A stretch of 64,000 nt of DNA from Azolla caroliniana (lineage: Eukaryota > Plantae > Polypodiophyta), in NCBI GenBank assembly GCA_043228905.1, contig JBHGNT010000002.1, positions 10,292,001 through 10,356,000 of the forward strand, in the 5' to 3' direction. Of the stretch, positions 11,360 to 21,060 are shown one piece after another. A program made the position numbers and the translations under genes. The first letter of the stretch is position 1. Each line of letters starts with the position of its first letter. The notes under the pieces were generated by a model that worked only from the letters and a program-made list of their open reading frames with translations, was not told where the DNA came from and made no database searches.

Positions 11360-14300
11360 TCAATCTATAAGCAAATCAGGCAGAGTAGGCTCCTCTGGCG
11401 CTGATTGTTCTAGAGTGTTTTCATTCATGTCATCTCCAAGCTCACCCGAATCTGACGTATGGTCAAACTGTGCTACATCTTCCAGGTCCACCAGCTCCCC
11501 TGCTTCTTCATCAATTGGTTCCATTGGTTCTCGTGAAGTCATCTGGAACATCTCTGTCTCGTTGATGTGTTTTGCTCCAACTTCTTGATCCTGATCTGGA
11601 CAGTCCCAGATTCCTGTGATCCTCATTTTGATGAAGTTAACTTGAGCAGGGTCCTTCTCCAATGCAACACAGTTTCTAAACATCTTCAATGCACAAGCTG
11701 TCATTGTACCTAATGGTCGCATGAACACAAACAAGTATATATAAGAAGTAACGTCTTAAACTTGATAGACAAGATTGAAATTAAATATATATATTATACA
11801 TGTGCCAGAGAACAAGTCTAAGACCCAATCATCTGGATTCGAGAAGAGCTCTATGAGGCGGTTGATCAATCTTTGAGGTTTTTGATAAGGGTTCACCATA
11901 CTTTTATCCCCTGACACATGTCTTAATTTTTTGGTTACAGCTGGGCACATGATGTAGTTAACCACGTTACACTCATTGACATGTGCTCTAGCCTTCTTCT
12001 TTGTAATTGAATCATAGTAGCCCACACAAAAATGTTCAACCGCACTAACCATTCGATCGCCAGGGCTACGTGTAATATTTGTTTTGATCCTATAGAGAAA
12101 GAAAATCAAGTATTAGAGGTGTAAATGTGTAAATATAATAAGAAGTACTGTAATGAGTAAAAGCGAACTATAACGCACCAATGCATGTGTTCAGTGGCAT
12201 GACAACGGGACTTCAAAGCTGTTGTGACTGACAGTGATTGCCCCATGCTATGAAATATGACTATCCTCCACAAGGGGGCCAATGTCAGTTCTGCGAAATC
12301 CTTTACCATTTTCTCGATCTGAGGGTACTTGAAAGGCACATCATCATATGTTGATCCCGCAATACGGAAACCATATGGTATGTCAGCTATCAGCAAAGTG
12401 TAGTGCCTTCTCGGTAACAGTTCGAGCATCTGGGATACTTCGCCATTGAAAACACTATAATGAAGCTGTTTGAAAGGATCGGACCTATGCAAAAAACTCT
12501 TTACAGTCTCCGAATCCTCGGGCAGTTCCATTTCCTTCCCTTTGGTCATTCTCTTCTCATATTTCGCACGTTCTAAGTGCGTGATGAAGGCCGCTGGAAT
12601 ACCGTCATTATTGTCGTTGTTCTTTTTCGATTTTGATGGTTTCTGCAAGTGTCATTGTTGTTACCAGGGAACATTAGTTTCTAACATATCAACATTCAAA
12701 AGACACATACCCATTCTCTAAATACAATAAAATATTCCTCCAATGCCTTGTAGGAAGAAGTTATCGGGTAGGCTTGTTCAACTTCTTCCCATGTCGGTAA
12801 ACTCAGTTTTTGCATCATCAACTCCTGAATCTTCATGTATACCTTGTGACTGCACAATCAATATGAAATTAGAAATAAGATATTCAAAATAATTGAAGAC
12901 TTTCATGAAAAGGTATACTATAAACACTTACTTTTGCAAGTCTGTTACCATCTCGTCCAAACTAAATTCCTTGGCGACCACTCGAGATAGCACGGATATT
13001 AACAATCTATCATCTTTGATACCTTGTAATGATCTCCAAGGTAAAAGTTTCATGTCCTCTGGTAACTCCTCGATTACCAAGTCGCTTTTTCCCTTGGTCT
13101 TTGATTTCATCTCAACTTGTGGATGAATTCTTCCCTTTTTTTATCTTTGCCCCTTGACTTCTTTCCGCTCCCACATAGAGAATATTTTGTCTTGGAGATC
13201 CCACACCTCTCCGGTCCAAAAAGCTAGTTGAAACCAAGAATCATATTTTCGGAGACCTTCAGATTTGGTACTCTCATCCACTGCAATCCCTACTTCCAAT
13301 AAACACTGACATCGCAATCCAGGCCACAATCTTGGACCAAAATGATTCAACAAGGCATCGAGGTATTCATGATGAAAAAATCTTATCCTCTCTATACATG
13401 ACATCTTTTGCCTATAATCGTTGTCATTGTTATGGTCCCATGCGAGCAGCTTCGCCTCCTCGTGAGTTAGTCCTGCATATACCTTACATTCGGCGTATTT
13501 GAAGAACGGCGTGAGAGGATATTCTTTGACAAGCTGTCGTCGAGCTTCGGCCGAATGTGATCCTCCGATTACATAGTATGTGTAATCGTCTGCAGAGCTA
13601 TACTTGAAATCTGCTACTGTTGGGCATTGTTCTTGATCAACCATTACCAAAAATGGCACCACAGTAGCGTGAGGATTGATTTTCATTTTGCCTTTTAGGT
13701 TTTGCACATGGACGGAGTGCGGCTCCCTAATTTCCAAGGGACGTCTTCCAGTCACGGGGTCAATGGGGGGCCTTTGGATAGAAGTAATGGGCAAATGAAA
13801 TAGCTGGCCCCTGCGCACAAGTTTAGTCTTCACAATATTTTCTCTTATTTTATTTTGTTCTGACGTCAGGACACCAGAAGATAGTTGTCCGCCTGGAGCC
13901 ACGACGTCGACTTGTTGGTCGTCTTCTTCTTCCACGAACTCTAATATTTCTTCTTCTTCTTCTTCGGGTCGTGGTCGTTTAGTATATTTCTTTTGAACAG
14001 GATTTGTCTTCCTAGACTTTTTCGGTGGAGTTTCTGCTTCACCGGTCATCATCTCTCCTGTCACGTACGGCCGAAGAGCTACCAACAAGTTATTTTTCGT
14101 TTGCAGGTCTTTACGCAAAGCCTTGGGATTGCAATATTCGGGTACTAGGTTTCCCTCATCAAGTCGCAATCGCCTGTTGCCAACTGAGCTTGAGACGTTG
14201 ATTAAAATACTTGTAGAGTCAATATCTTCGTACTCTAGCTTGGTTACATGCCCATAATTAAATGTTTTTCCAAGCTGAAGTTTCCCTTCCCCGTCCGATT

Positions 14301-14436
14301 TTGCCGTTATCAATAACAGCACCCCATCCTCCTCGACATAAGAGAGACACCATTCAAGTTCGGGGTAATCCTTATATTTCACCTCAACCGTTTTCTCCTC
14401 TTGCGTACTACCTTTGTTGATTTTGGTAGTAGCCAT
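11360..14436 (-). CDS. Intron-containing ParB-like domain plus N6A/N4C (beta-class, N6_N4_Mtase-like) DNA methyltransferase, ~915 aa; this copy has an in-frame stop
   Basis: Exons 14436-12932, 12849-12711, 12642-12179, 12089-11800 and 11709-11360 are joined by GT..AG introns whose phases all agree (2748 nt total). ParB-like segment: HLPITSI...YYVIGGSHSAEARRQL...EEAKLLAWDHN. MTase: LLIADIPYG (motif IV), WIKTN, NPYQKPQRLINRLIELFSNPDDWVLDLFSGT (motif X/I), ALKMFRNCVALEKD. TAA at 13141-13143 interrupts an otherwise continuous frame. A possible upstream exon at 14970-14945 (MNKGKKIV) splices to 14553 but needs a 1-nt frameshift near 14440. Confidence 0.85.
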
Positions 14437-14650
14437 AGATGACTTGAGTCAAATAAATTCTTTTTACTCGTGTCCTTCATGAAGGAGCCAGAATCTCGTT
14501 TTGTCAGAGATCGAATCTTCAATCTAAATGAAGGAACTTTTTGTTTGGGTTCACTGAAATTAAAAACGTTGGTGAAAACATAGAAACAACATACAATTTT
14601 ATCTAAATCACGCAAATTATCATTTAAATTACGTCAATTTTATGGTCCCA

Positions 14651-14820
14651 TGCGATAGTTTTTTATCGCAAAAACAGCATTTTTTTCAACCAAAATCCGA
14701 TGCACTGCATCGCATCGGATTTCGGTTGAAAGGTCTTGCCTTCAACCAAAATCCGATGCACTTTTTTCAACCAAAATCCGATTTCGGTTGAAAGGTCTTG
14801 CATCGGATTTTGGTTGAAGG
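14651..14820. repeat. Array of direct and inverted 20-bp motifs (TTCAACCAAAATCCGATGCA) plus a TGCGATA-N6-TATCGCA palindrome
   Basis: Forward copies at 14685, 14741 and 14766; reverse copies ending at 14730, 14792 and 14818; palindrome at 14651-14670. Confidence 0.9.
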
Positions 14821-14970
14821 TCCTGGCTTTCAGAATTGCTTTCCAAGTTCGTTGTACAAAATAAAATAAAATTTCTATGTGTTGAGGAAAGGAATCTTTA
14901 AGGAATCTTTAGGAATCTTAAAAAATGTAATGAATATTACTAACCTGACGATTTTCTTTCCCTTGTTCAT

Positions 14971-15267
14971 GGTTCGTGCCGGAGGTAGTGCGGTCCACGA
15001 TGTGCTTCTGAGTGCTCGAAAATTGGCTTGTGCTCTGAGCTCAATGGATTCTTTGACGTGATAATGAAAATGAAATTTCCAACCTCCTTATATAGAAGAC
15101 TTTAGCATTCTTTTTAAAATAAAAAATAATTTTTAATTATTTGTTTTTTAGGAAAATTTCGGAAAATAATATAGTTAATCTAAGTGTTCGGGTAGTTATA
15201 TAGTTAGGCTTCAGCATTCCTTAATTTTCTCAAAAGAAGGTTTTAGAATACAGTTAGACTCCCTCAA
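14971..15267. promoter_or_regulatory. Putative bidirectional promoter between the MTase and transposase genes
   Basis: Short AT-rich spacer between head-to-head genes, with TATA-like CCTTATATAGAAG (~15086) and GTTATATAG (~15195). Confidence 0.45.
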
Positions 15268-17940
15268 ATGTCTTCTTCTACAAGTAGAACATCTCTTTTT
15301 TCTATTGCCCCCTTTTCATTGTCAGACAACTCGTATTTCTCAATAGAAGAGTACGACCACAAAAAACATTCGCGGCTTAAACAGAAAAGTGTGGCTCCTA
15401 GTACTTCGAATTCTCTGTTTTCAATTGATCCTGTTGATGGCCCTCTTCATGCAAGCTTACAAGCGGACGATTCTTCGTCGATAGATAACAATAGCATTAC
15501 TAAACCTCTAGCATTTAAAAGAGTTCCTCGACAAGTTAGTGAAAAGAGATTTAATTTCTTATGTTCTGATCGTCAACTTCTATGCGACTTGAACAAATCG
15601 TGTTGTGCGAATCTCTGTCTATCAACTTATGGAAAGTCAAGGTTACGTGAAACACGACAAAAATACTTGTCGCTTAATGGGGAAGAGCAAGATACATTTC
15701 TTCTTTCGCATATGCAACTTAAATTGGATCACAAAGCAAGGCCTAATTCAACGCAAGTTGAATATTTCCTTGGACTATATACCAAGTGTTGTCGAGCAGC
15801 TTTTAAAATCACTCATAGCATTGGAAATATGCGGCTGCAACGAGTTCAAGAGCGACTTGTGAAGGGCTCCTGGGTACAGTTCGATCAAAATGGTTCTGGA
15901 TGTAAGGGTCAAATTGGGCAACAGGCAATTAGGTGGATGGAGGTATATTTTTCAAAACAGTGCGAAGTTATGCCAACGACAGGAAGACTTCATTTGTTAG
16001 ATAACTTTACTCGAAGGGAAGTTTACCAATCGTACAAGGACGACATGTCTTCCGATGTTGAGCCTTACATACAGTACATGCATTTTAATCGACTATGGAG
16101 GTTACAATTTAATAACGTGGTTATCCCACGAAAGGTGCGAATGGGAGTCTGCTCAATATGTGTGAGTTTAAAAAGTATGGCCAAGGGTGGAAAATCAGAT
16201 GTAGAGATCAAGAATTACAAGAACCTGTTAAAAGAACATCGTGAAAGTCAGGCATTGGAACGTACTAAGGCTATGCATCACCGACAAAAAGCATTTCAAT
16301 CTCCCGAAAAGTATATGTGCATGATTATTGACGGCATGGATCAAAAGAAAACTTGTTTGCCGCATTTTCAAAGACTCCCCAAGGATATTGGAGATGAGTG
16401 TCTCGTGCAAATGCATCTAGTGGGTTGTTTGACATACTGTCAAACTATAAGACCGCAAATGTTCTTAACTTATCCCAATATCCACAAAGACCCTAATCTT
16501 ACTGTCACTATCATGCACAGGGTATTGCAATCATGGTCAGGTATACTCCCGCCAGTTCTATATGTGCAACTAGACAACACAGCAAGAGAGAATAAGAACT
16601 CAACTATCTTCGGCTATCTAAGCATGCTAGTAGAGAGGGGCGTATTTAAAAAGATAAAGGTTAACTTCTTGTTGGTTGGTCATACCCATGATCACATAGA
16701 TCAAATGTTCAATAGGTTCTCAAAGAAACTTGCTCGCTGTAATGCTTTCACACTTCCCACGCTATCCAAATTGATTAGTGAAGCATATACACCAAAGCCT
16801 GAAGTACAACACTTGGAAGAAGTATACGACTTTAAACGTTTCTGCATGGACAGTGACGGGACTAAAGGTAGGGTGCTTGCACCTCTTAATAATATAAGTT
16901 TCAACCATGTCTTCCTCATAAAACAAAGATCAGCCCACCTGAAGATGACGGTGTTGTTTGCGAAACAATACTCATCTAGTGCACAATGGGAGCCCCAAGA
17001 AGGTTGTAGGCTCCTTCTTCATATCCCAGATGAACCTCTACATGGTGCACAACAAATGCCATATGATGATCGTAAAAATGTAGCACCAAATAGTACTATT
17101 GATGAACAAAGGGCATATTGGTTGAGATGTCTAGTAGAGAAACAAAATAATATTGATCGGACTAAGAAGTATGCCGGTGATGAGGATGTTGAATGGTGGG
17201 AGATTTTCTTCACCCATCAACGCACCATTTTAGATAATTACATCGCCGGTTTATGGCCAATCCGTATCCCATTCACATGGAACATTGGGATGACATCAAC
17301 GATATCGCAAACTCATCACCAACAATCGAATAATATGGAGCTTCATGATTTAGTTCGGCCACTGCAAAGAGATATTTATGTGGGACCAAGAAAGTCACGT
17401 ACTATTGAGGCAAGATGGCAAGGTAATTTGCAAGAACTACAAGTGGGAATGTTGGTTGCAACATTAGCAGGGGACGATACCTTGGGCCATCCATTTTGGA
17501 TTGCAAAAATTATTGAATTAGTAAGGGATGAAGAAAGTAGTCAGACAAAGTCAATAGTAGTCCATTGGTATCAGACAAATTCAACTGATGCATTTACAGG
17601 AAAGTATTCTTTAGAGATGGTTAAGGATGTCGGATGTTCAAGCAAAAAGGGAAGAAGAAAGAATATACCGAGCACGGCTACTCTCGCACTAGACCGTGTT
17701 GACATACTAGTATATGACTTCTCATTGACAAAATCAGGTCATCTAAGACAAGCAACTATCAAGATAATAAAGGAGAAAATCCCAAACATGGTGTCAAACG
17801 AAATAAAGAGAATAACCAGAAGCAATTCTCATAACCACAAAGATGTTGGGTTGGAATTGGATGAGGATAATGCTTTGATTGCCACTAATGATGAGGATGA
17901 GACGTCAGAATGCTCTTCTAGTCCATCAGACATGTCTTAA
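15268..17940 (+). CDS. DDD transposase, Sola-like (DUF7869-type motifs), with a C-terminal BAH-like domain; 890 aa, uninterrupted
   Basis: Single open frame. Cys clusters (SCCANLC, KCC, CSIC...EH). RNase H-fold acidic motifs IIDGMD, LYVQLDNTARENKN and FLLVGHTHDHIDQMF. C-terminal LQVGMLVA...PFWIAKIIE...IVVHWY. Lies inside the TIRs. Confidence 0.88.
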   Translation: MSSSTSRTSLFSIAPFSLSDNSYFSIEEYDHKKHSRLKQKSVAPSTSNSLFSIDPVDGPLHASLQADDSSSIDNNSITKPLAFKRVPRQVSEKRFNFLCSDRQLLCDLNKSCCANLCLSTYGKSRLRETRQKYLSLNGEEQDTFLLSHMQLKLDHKARPNSTQVEYFLGLYTKCCRAAFKITHSIGNMRLQRVQERLVKGSWVQFDQNGSGCKGQIGQQAIRWMEVYFSKQCEVMPTTGRLHLLDNFTRREVYQSYKDDMSSDVEPYIQYMHFNRLWRLQFNNVVIPRKVRMGVCSICVSLKSMAKGGKSDVEIKNYKNLLKEHRESQALERTKAMHHRQKAFQSPEKYMCMIIDGMDQKKTCLPHFQRLPKDIGDECLVQMHLVGCLTYCQTIRPQMFLTYPNIHKDPNLTVTIMHRVLQSWSGILPPVLYVQLDNTARENKNSTIFGYLSMLVERGVFKKIKVNFLLVGHTHDHIDQMFNRFSKKLARCNAFTLPTLSKLISEAYTPKPEVQHLEEVYDFKRFCMDSDGTKGRVLAPLNNISFNHVFLIKQRSAHLKMTVLFAKQYSSSAQWEPQEGCRLLLHIPDEPLHGAQQMPYDDRKNVAPNSTIDEQRAYWLRCLVEKQNNIDRTKKYAGDEDVEWWEIFFTHQRTILDNYIAGLWPIRIPFTWNIGMTSTISQTHHQQSNNMELHDLVRPLQRDIYVGPRKSRTIEARWQGNLQELQVGMLVATLAGDDTLGHPFWIAKIIELVRDEESSQTKSIVVHWYQTNSTDAFTGKYSLEMVKDVGCSSKKGRRKNIPSTATLALDRVDILVYDFSLTKSGHLRQATIKIIKEKIPNMVSNEIKRITRSNSHNHKDVGLELDEDNALIATNDEDETSECSSSPSDMS

Positions 17941-18230
17941 TATATTGGTTTGGTTCAAGCTGGGGATTGTTTTACTACATGATCGGAAACTTTGTAAATT
18001 TGTTTTGGATGTAAACTCACGAATATGTATAATTGTAACTGGTAGACATGTTGTACATTATTTTGTAATTTTGGTGATGTATTTTTGGAGGCATTTTACT
18101 TATGACTCAAAGTGGTAGTCATGTTGAAATTCAATATATTTTGCCACCTTTTCTGAAAAGCTTTACGCATGCGTCGTGTCTTTTTGAAAACTGCGTGCTT
18201 TTGTGCCCTTTTTCGACGTAGTGTTCTCAT

Positions 18231-18267
18231 AATGCGACATATTACCTGTTTCAAATGACCCGGTGTT
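18231..18267 (-). repeat. Right terminal inverted repeat
   Basis: CGACATATTACCTGTTTCAAATGACCCGGTGTT followed by the TSD CACA. Confidence 0.97.
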
Positions 18268-19736
18268 CACATACGTTGTCGTCGTCAGCGCCTCGGCCCA
18301 AAACGTCTTGGGTAACTTTGCATGTGCAAACATGCTTCGGACTTTCTCCATTATGGTTCAGTTCATCCGTTCAGACACCCCATTCAAATTCCGGCATCTT
18401 CTGCACAGTGAACTCGAGCCAGATTCCCTTCGACGGGCCGTACTCCTCGAATTGCCCCTCAATATTCTCCTCTGTTGTCCACTCGTACCACCTTTAGCTT
18501 CTGATCGGTTTCTCTTTCCACTCTTGCGTGTAGCTCCTTGAAGACGGATAGCACCTGATCCTCCGTCTTCAACGGTGAGACCCACAACTTCTGGCTATGG
18601 TCATCCATGAATGTCACGAAGTACTGCGATCCGGCATGTGACTTCATGTCCACTTGACACAATTCCGTCTCATCGGTGGTCTTGACTGGAAGGAGGTTTG
18701 GTTTTGCTTGCCGACCAAGCAATCAGTGCAGTTCTCGAGATGCACGTCTTTCACCTCCAAAATGAGGTCATCTTCAGCAAGTCTTCTCATTCCCTTCTAG
18801 CTCATATGACACAATCTCTTGCGCCACAGCTCACCGGTAGTGTCGGAGGCTATGTTCACTTCTTCTGGGCATGCATCAAATATAGTGTGTTGATCTTCCG
18901 GGCTTGAGCCACAATCAGGCTTCCTTTGCTGAATTTCATGACTCCGTTCCAGATGCTACCCATGTAGCCTTCATCATCTAGCCGACCGGCTGATATTAGG
19001 TTCAATCGAACCTCCAGAACGTGTCGGATGTCCTTCAGCGACAACTTGCATCCGGTTGATGTCGTCAACAACACATCTCCTATGCCAACAATTCGGCAGG
19101 TCCCTTCATTCCCCATACAGACACAACCATGATCTCCGGCTGTGTAGGATAAGAAGCACCTCCGGTCCGGTGTCAGATGGAACGCGGACACTCCGGAATC
19201 GACAACCCACATTGTCTCGTCGTCGACAAGGTTTAACTCATTCTCCTTGGTAATGAGCATCAGTTCTTCATTACTTGTCACAATCGCCGACATTCCTTTC
19301 CGATCTGGGCCTCTCCGGTTCGAACTCTTCTTCGAATCGATGGTGTCGGTTTCTTTCTCCTTCCGGAAATGCCGACAGTTCTTCTGGAAGTGCCCTATCT
19401 TCCCACAGCAGAAGCAAGTAGGCCTCCCCCTTGACTTCGACCCCGTCCCCGACTTGTCCCAGTTTTGGGGACTCCAAATACCAGCCTCTTCCCTGGTTGT
19501 GGTCATCTTCCGTGACCAAGGCCTTCAGATCGGTTCCGGACTCCCGGTCCTTCCGGCGAGCTTCTTCATCTAGCAAGCTTGATTTTACCCTTGTTAGGAA
19601 CAATTGGTTTCCTTCTGGCCCAGCGTTGCCCAACTATCCAAGAGGGAACCGAGTAGGAGTAAATCGGCGAGAGGTTGCCTAGTAGATCAATCCCTGAAAG
19701 GCATTCATGTGCTCCGCCATATTGGAGCCGTCTTGG
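18268..19736 (-). pseudogene. Copia B gag C-terminus, protease and integrase core
   Basis: YFVTFMDDHSQKLWV, VRVDNRGEY, LPKTFWAEAL, WVVDSG, zinc knuckle. Confidence 0.9.
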
Positions 19737-20060
19737 TGTCATGATCTGGCAAGACTCGAACCCATGACCTTATGTTACATGGGTCGAGCTTTTGACCATT
19801 AGACTATACATTGTAATACAAAAAATATTATTTTCATTTAAGTTTTACTACATAAAATTGAGGTATATTCTAGATTTCTCTGGAACATTCTAGAAACTTC
19901 AGGAGTACTCCTAAGAACACTATAAAAGGAGGCACAAAGCGTTATTTTGAACCAAATCGGTTCAACGCCAGTCTTAAGCCTCCTAGCTACTATTGTATAT
20001 TCTCTTAACATAATATATATCTTTTGTTATCATCATTCTCTCTCTCTCTCTCTCTCTCTC
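19737..20060 (+). repeat. 5' LTR of the Gypsy element (3'-truncated; has an extra tRNA-like segment)
   Basis: 19854-20040 matches 25309-25495. Confidence 0.88.
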
Positions 20061-20066
20061 CTAGCT

Positions 20067-21060
20067 ACTAGAGGCGGGTAAGCGAACATATTATGCATTT
20101 GAGAACACATGCAATCTTGGAGATATTAAGTGTTGGGTCCTCAATAAATATCTTTTTGACACTTTGGTGACCCCGGTTCTTCTCTATGGGGTGGAAGTAT
20201 GGGGTGGTAGCATCCCTAAATCTATGTGGAAAGAGTTTGAAAATGTCCAAAAACATTTTCTTACAAAGTTTCTACAAGTTAAGAAACAAACACCCTACAC
20301 CCTCCTCCTTGAGACGGGATCGCATCCCATTGAGATCATGGCCATGGAAAGGGTTGTTGAATACATGCTTAAGGTTCAAAAAACCCCTCACATCGACTTC
20401 CTAGAATTGCATGGGAAGCAAGCAAAAAGATCCAAAAGACGCATAAAAGCAAAATTTTGTGTTCCGGTTGGATGCAAGATTTAGAAAAATGGTTTGGTAG
20501 ATGGGATGCAAGGTACTTGCTTCATGATGCGTCACTAGATTCCTCTGTAAATGAGGCCTTTTGCAACGCCAATGTATAATGACATGGGACAAATGTGGTG
20601 GCTCACACTTCACACATTATACTACAAATGTTGCACCGAACTACAAAACCATATTCTTCGCGGAATGGGGAAGCCGTACACATCGATACATGTTAGAGCC
20701 CATCCCGATATCTGCCATTCGAACCATTGCTTCCATGCGACTTAGCTCGCACGCATTGATATGTGAGACGGGACGTTGGGGCACAAGTGATGAGAGTGGC
20801 CGACTATGCACACTTTGCCCTAAACAAGTTCGAGAGTCTAAGTATCACACTTTGATACAATGCTCTGCCTTTGATAATATTCGACCATGCTTTCCACATC
20901 TCTTCGATCGAGCCCAATCCTTGCACGAATTTCTCTCACAACCACGATGTGCACTCTCGATTGCAACATTCATTGGTAAAGTTCTTGAACATCGAGAGTC
21001 ACTACTCACCTTCACACGTATCACGTGAAATGCAATATTTTTGGTCTCATAGGTCATATT
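20067..21060 (+). mobile_element. 5'-truncated RTE/RTEX-type LINE fragment (3' end of ORF2) replacing the Gypsy U5/PBS/gag
   Basis: LFDTLVTPVLLYGVEVWG, MRLSSHALICETGRW...CTLC...HTLIQCSAF. Confidence 0.85.

Larger units (their letters stand above)
10598..18267. mobile_element. Sola-like DDD cut-and-paste DNA transposon (7670 bp) carrying a ParB-DNA methyltransferase cargo gene
   Basis: Perfect 33-bp TIRs AACACCGGGTCATTTGAAACAGGTAATATGTCG (10598-10630 and 18235-18267). 4-bp TSD CACA (10594-10597 and 18268-18271). Removing the element and one CACA restores the Copia integrase frame WAEALTTTTYV-INRSFSVPL. Confidence 0.93.

Noticed and set aside
11360-14436. Bacterial contamination or a prophage as the source of the ParB-MTase
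   Set aside because: The gene has phase-consistent GT-AG introns and lies within TIRs inserted in a plant Copia element with a clean TSD.
14685-14820. CRISPR-like array
   Set aside because: The repeats alternate in orientation, lack unique regular spacers, and no cas genes are present; the context is eukaryotic.
10593-18271. Alternative 5-bp TSD (TCACA) reading, or a CACTA classification, for the TIR element
   Set aside because: A 5-bp TSD would make the termini asymmetric, whereas 4-bp CACA gives perfectly symmetric AACACC..GGTGTT ends. The termini are not CACTA/CACTG, and the transposase lacks recognisable Tnp2 motifs.
19746-19810. Functional tRNA gene
   Set aside because: A- and B-box-like motifs are present, but I could not build a convincing acceptor stem or cloverleaf; reported only as tRNA-like.
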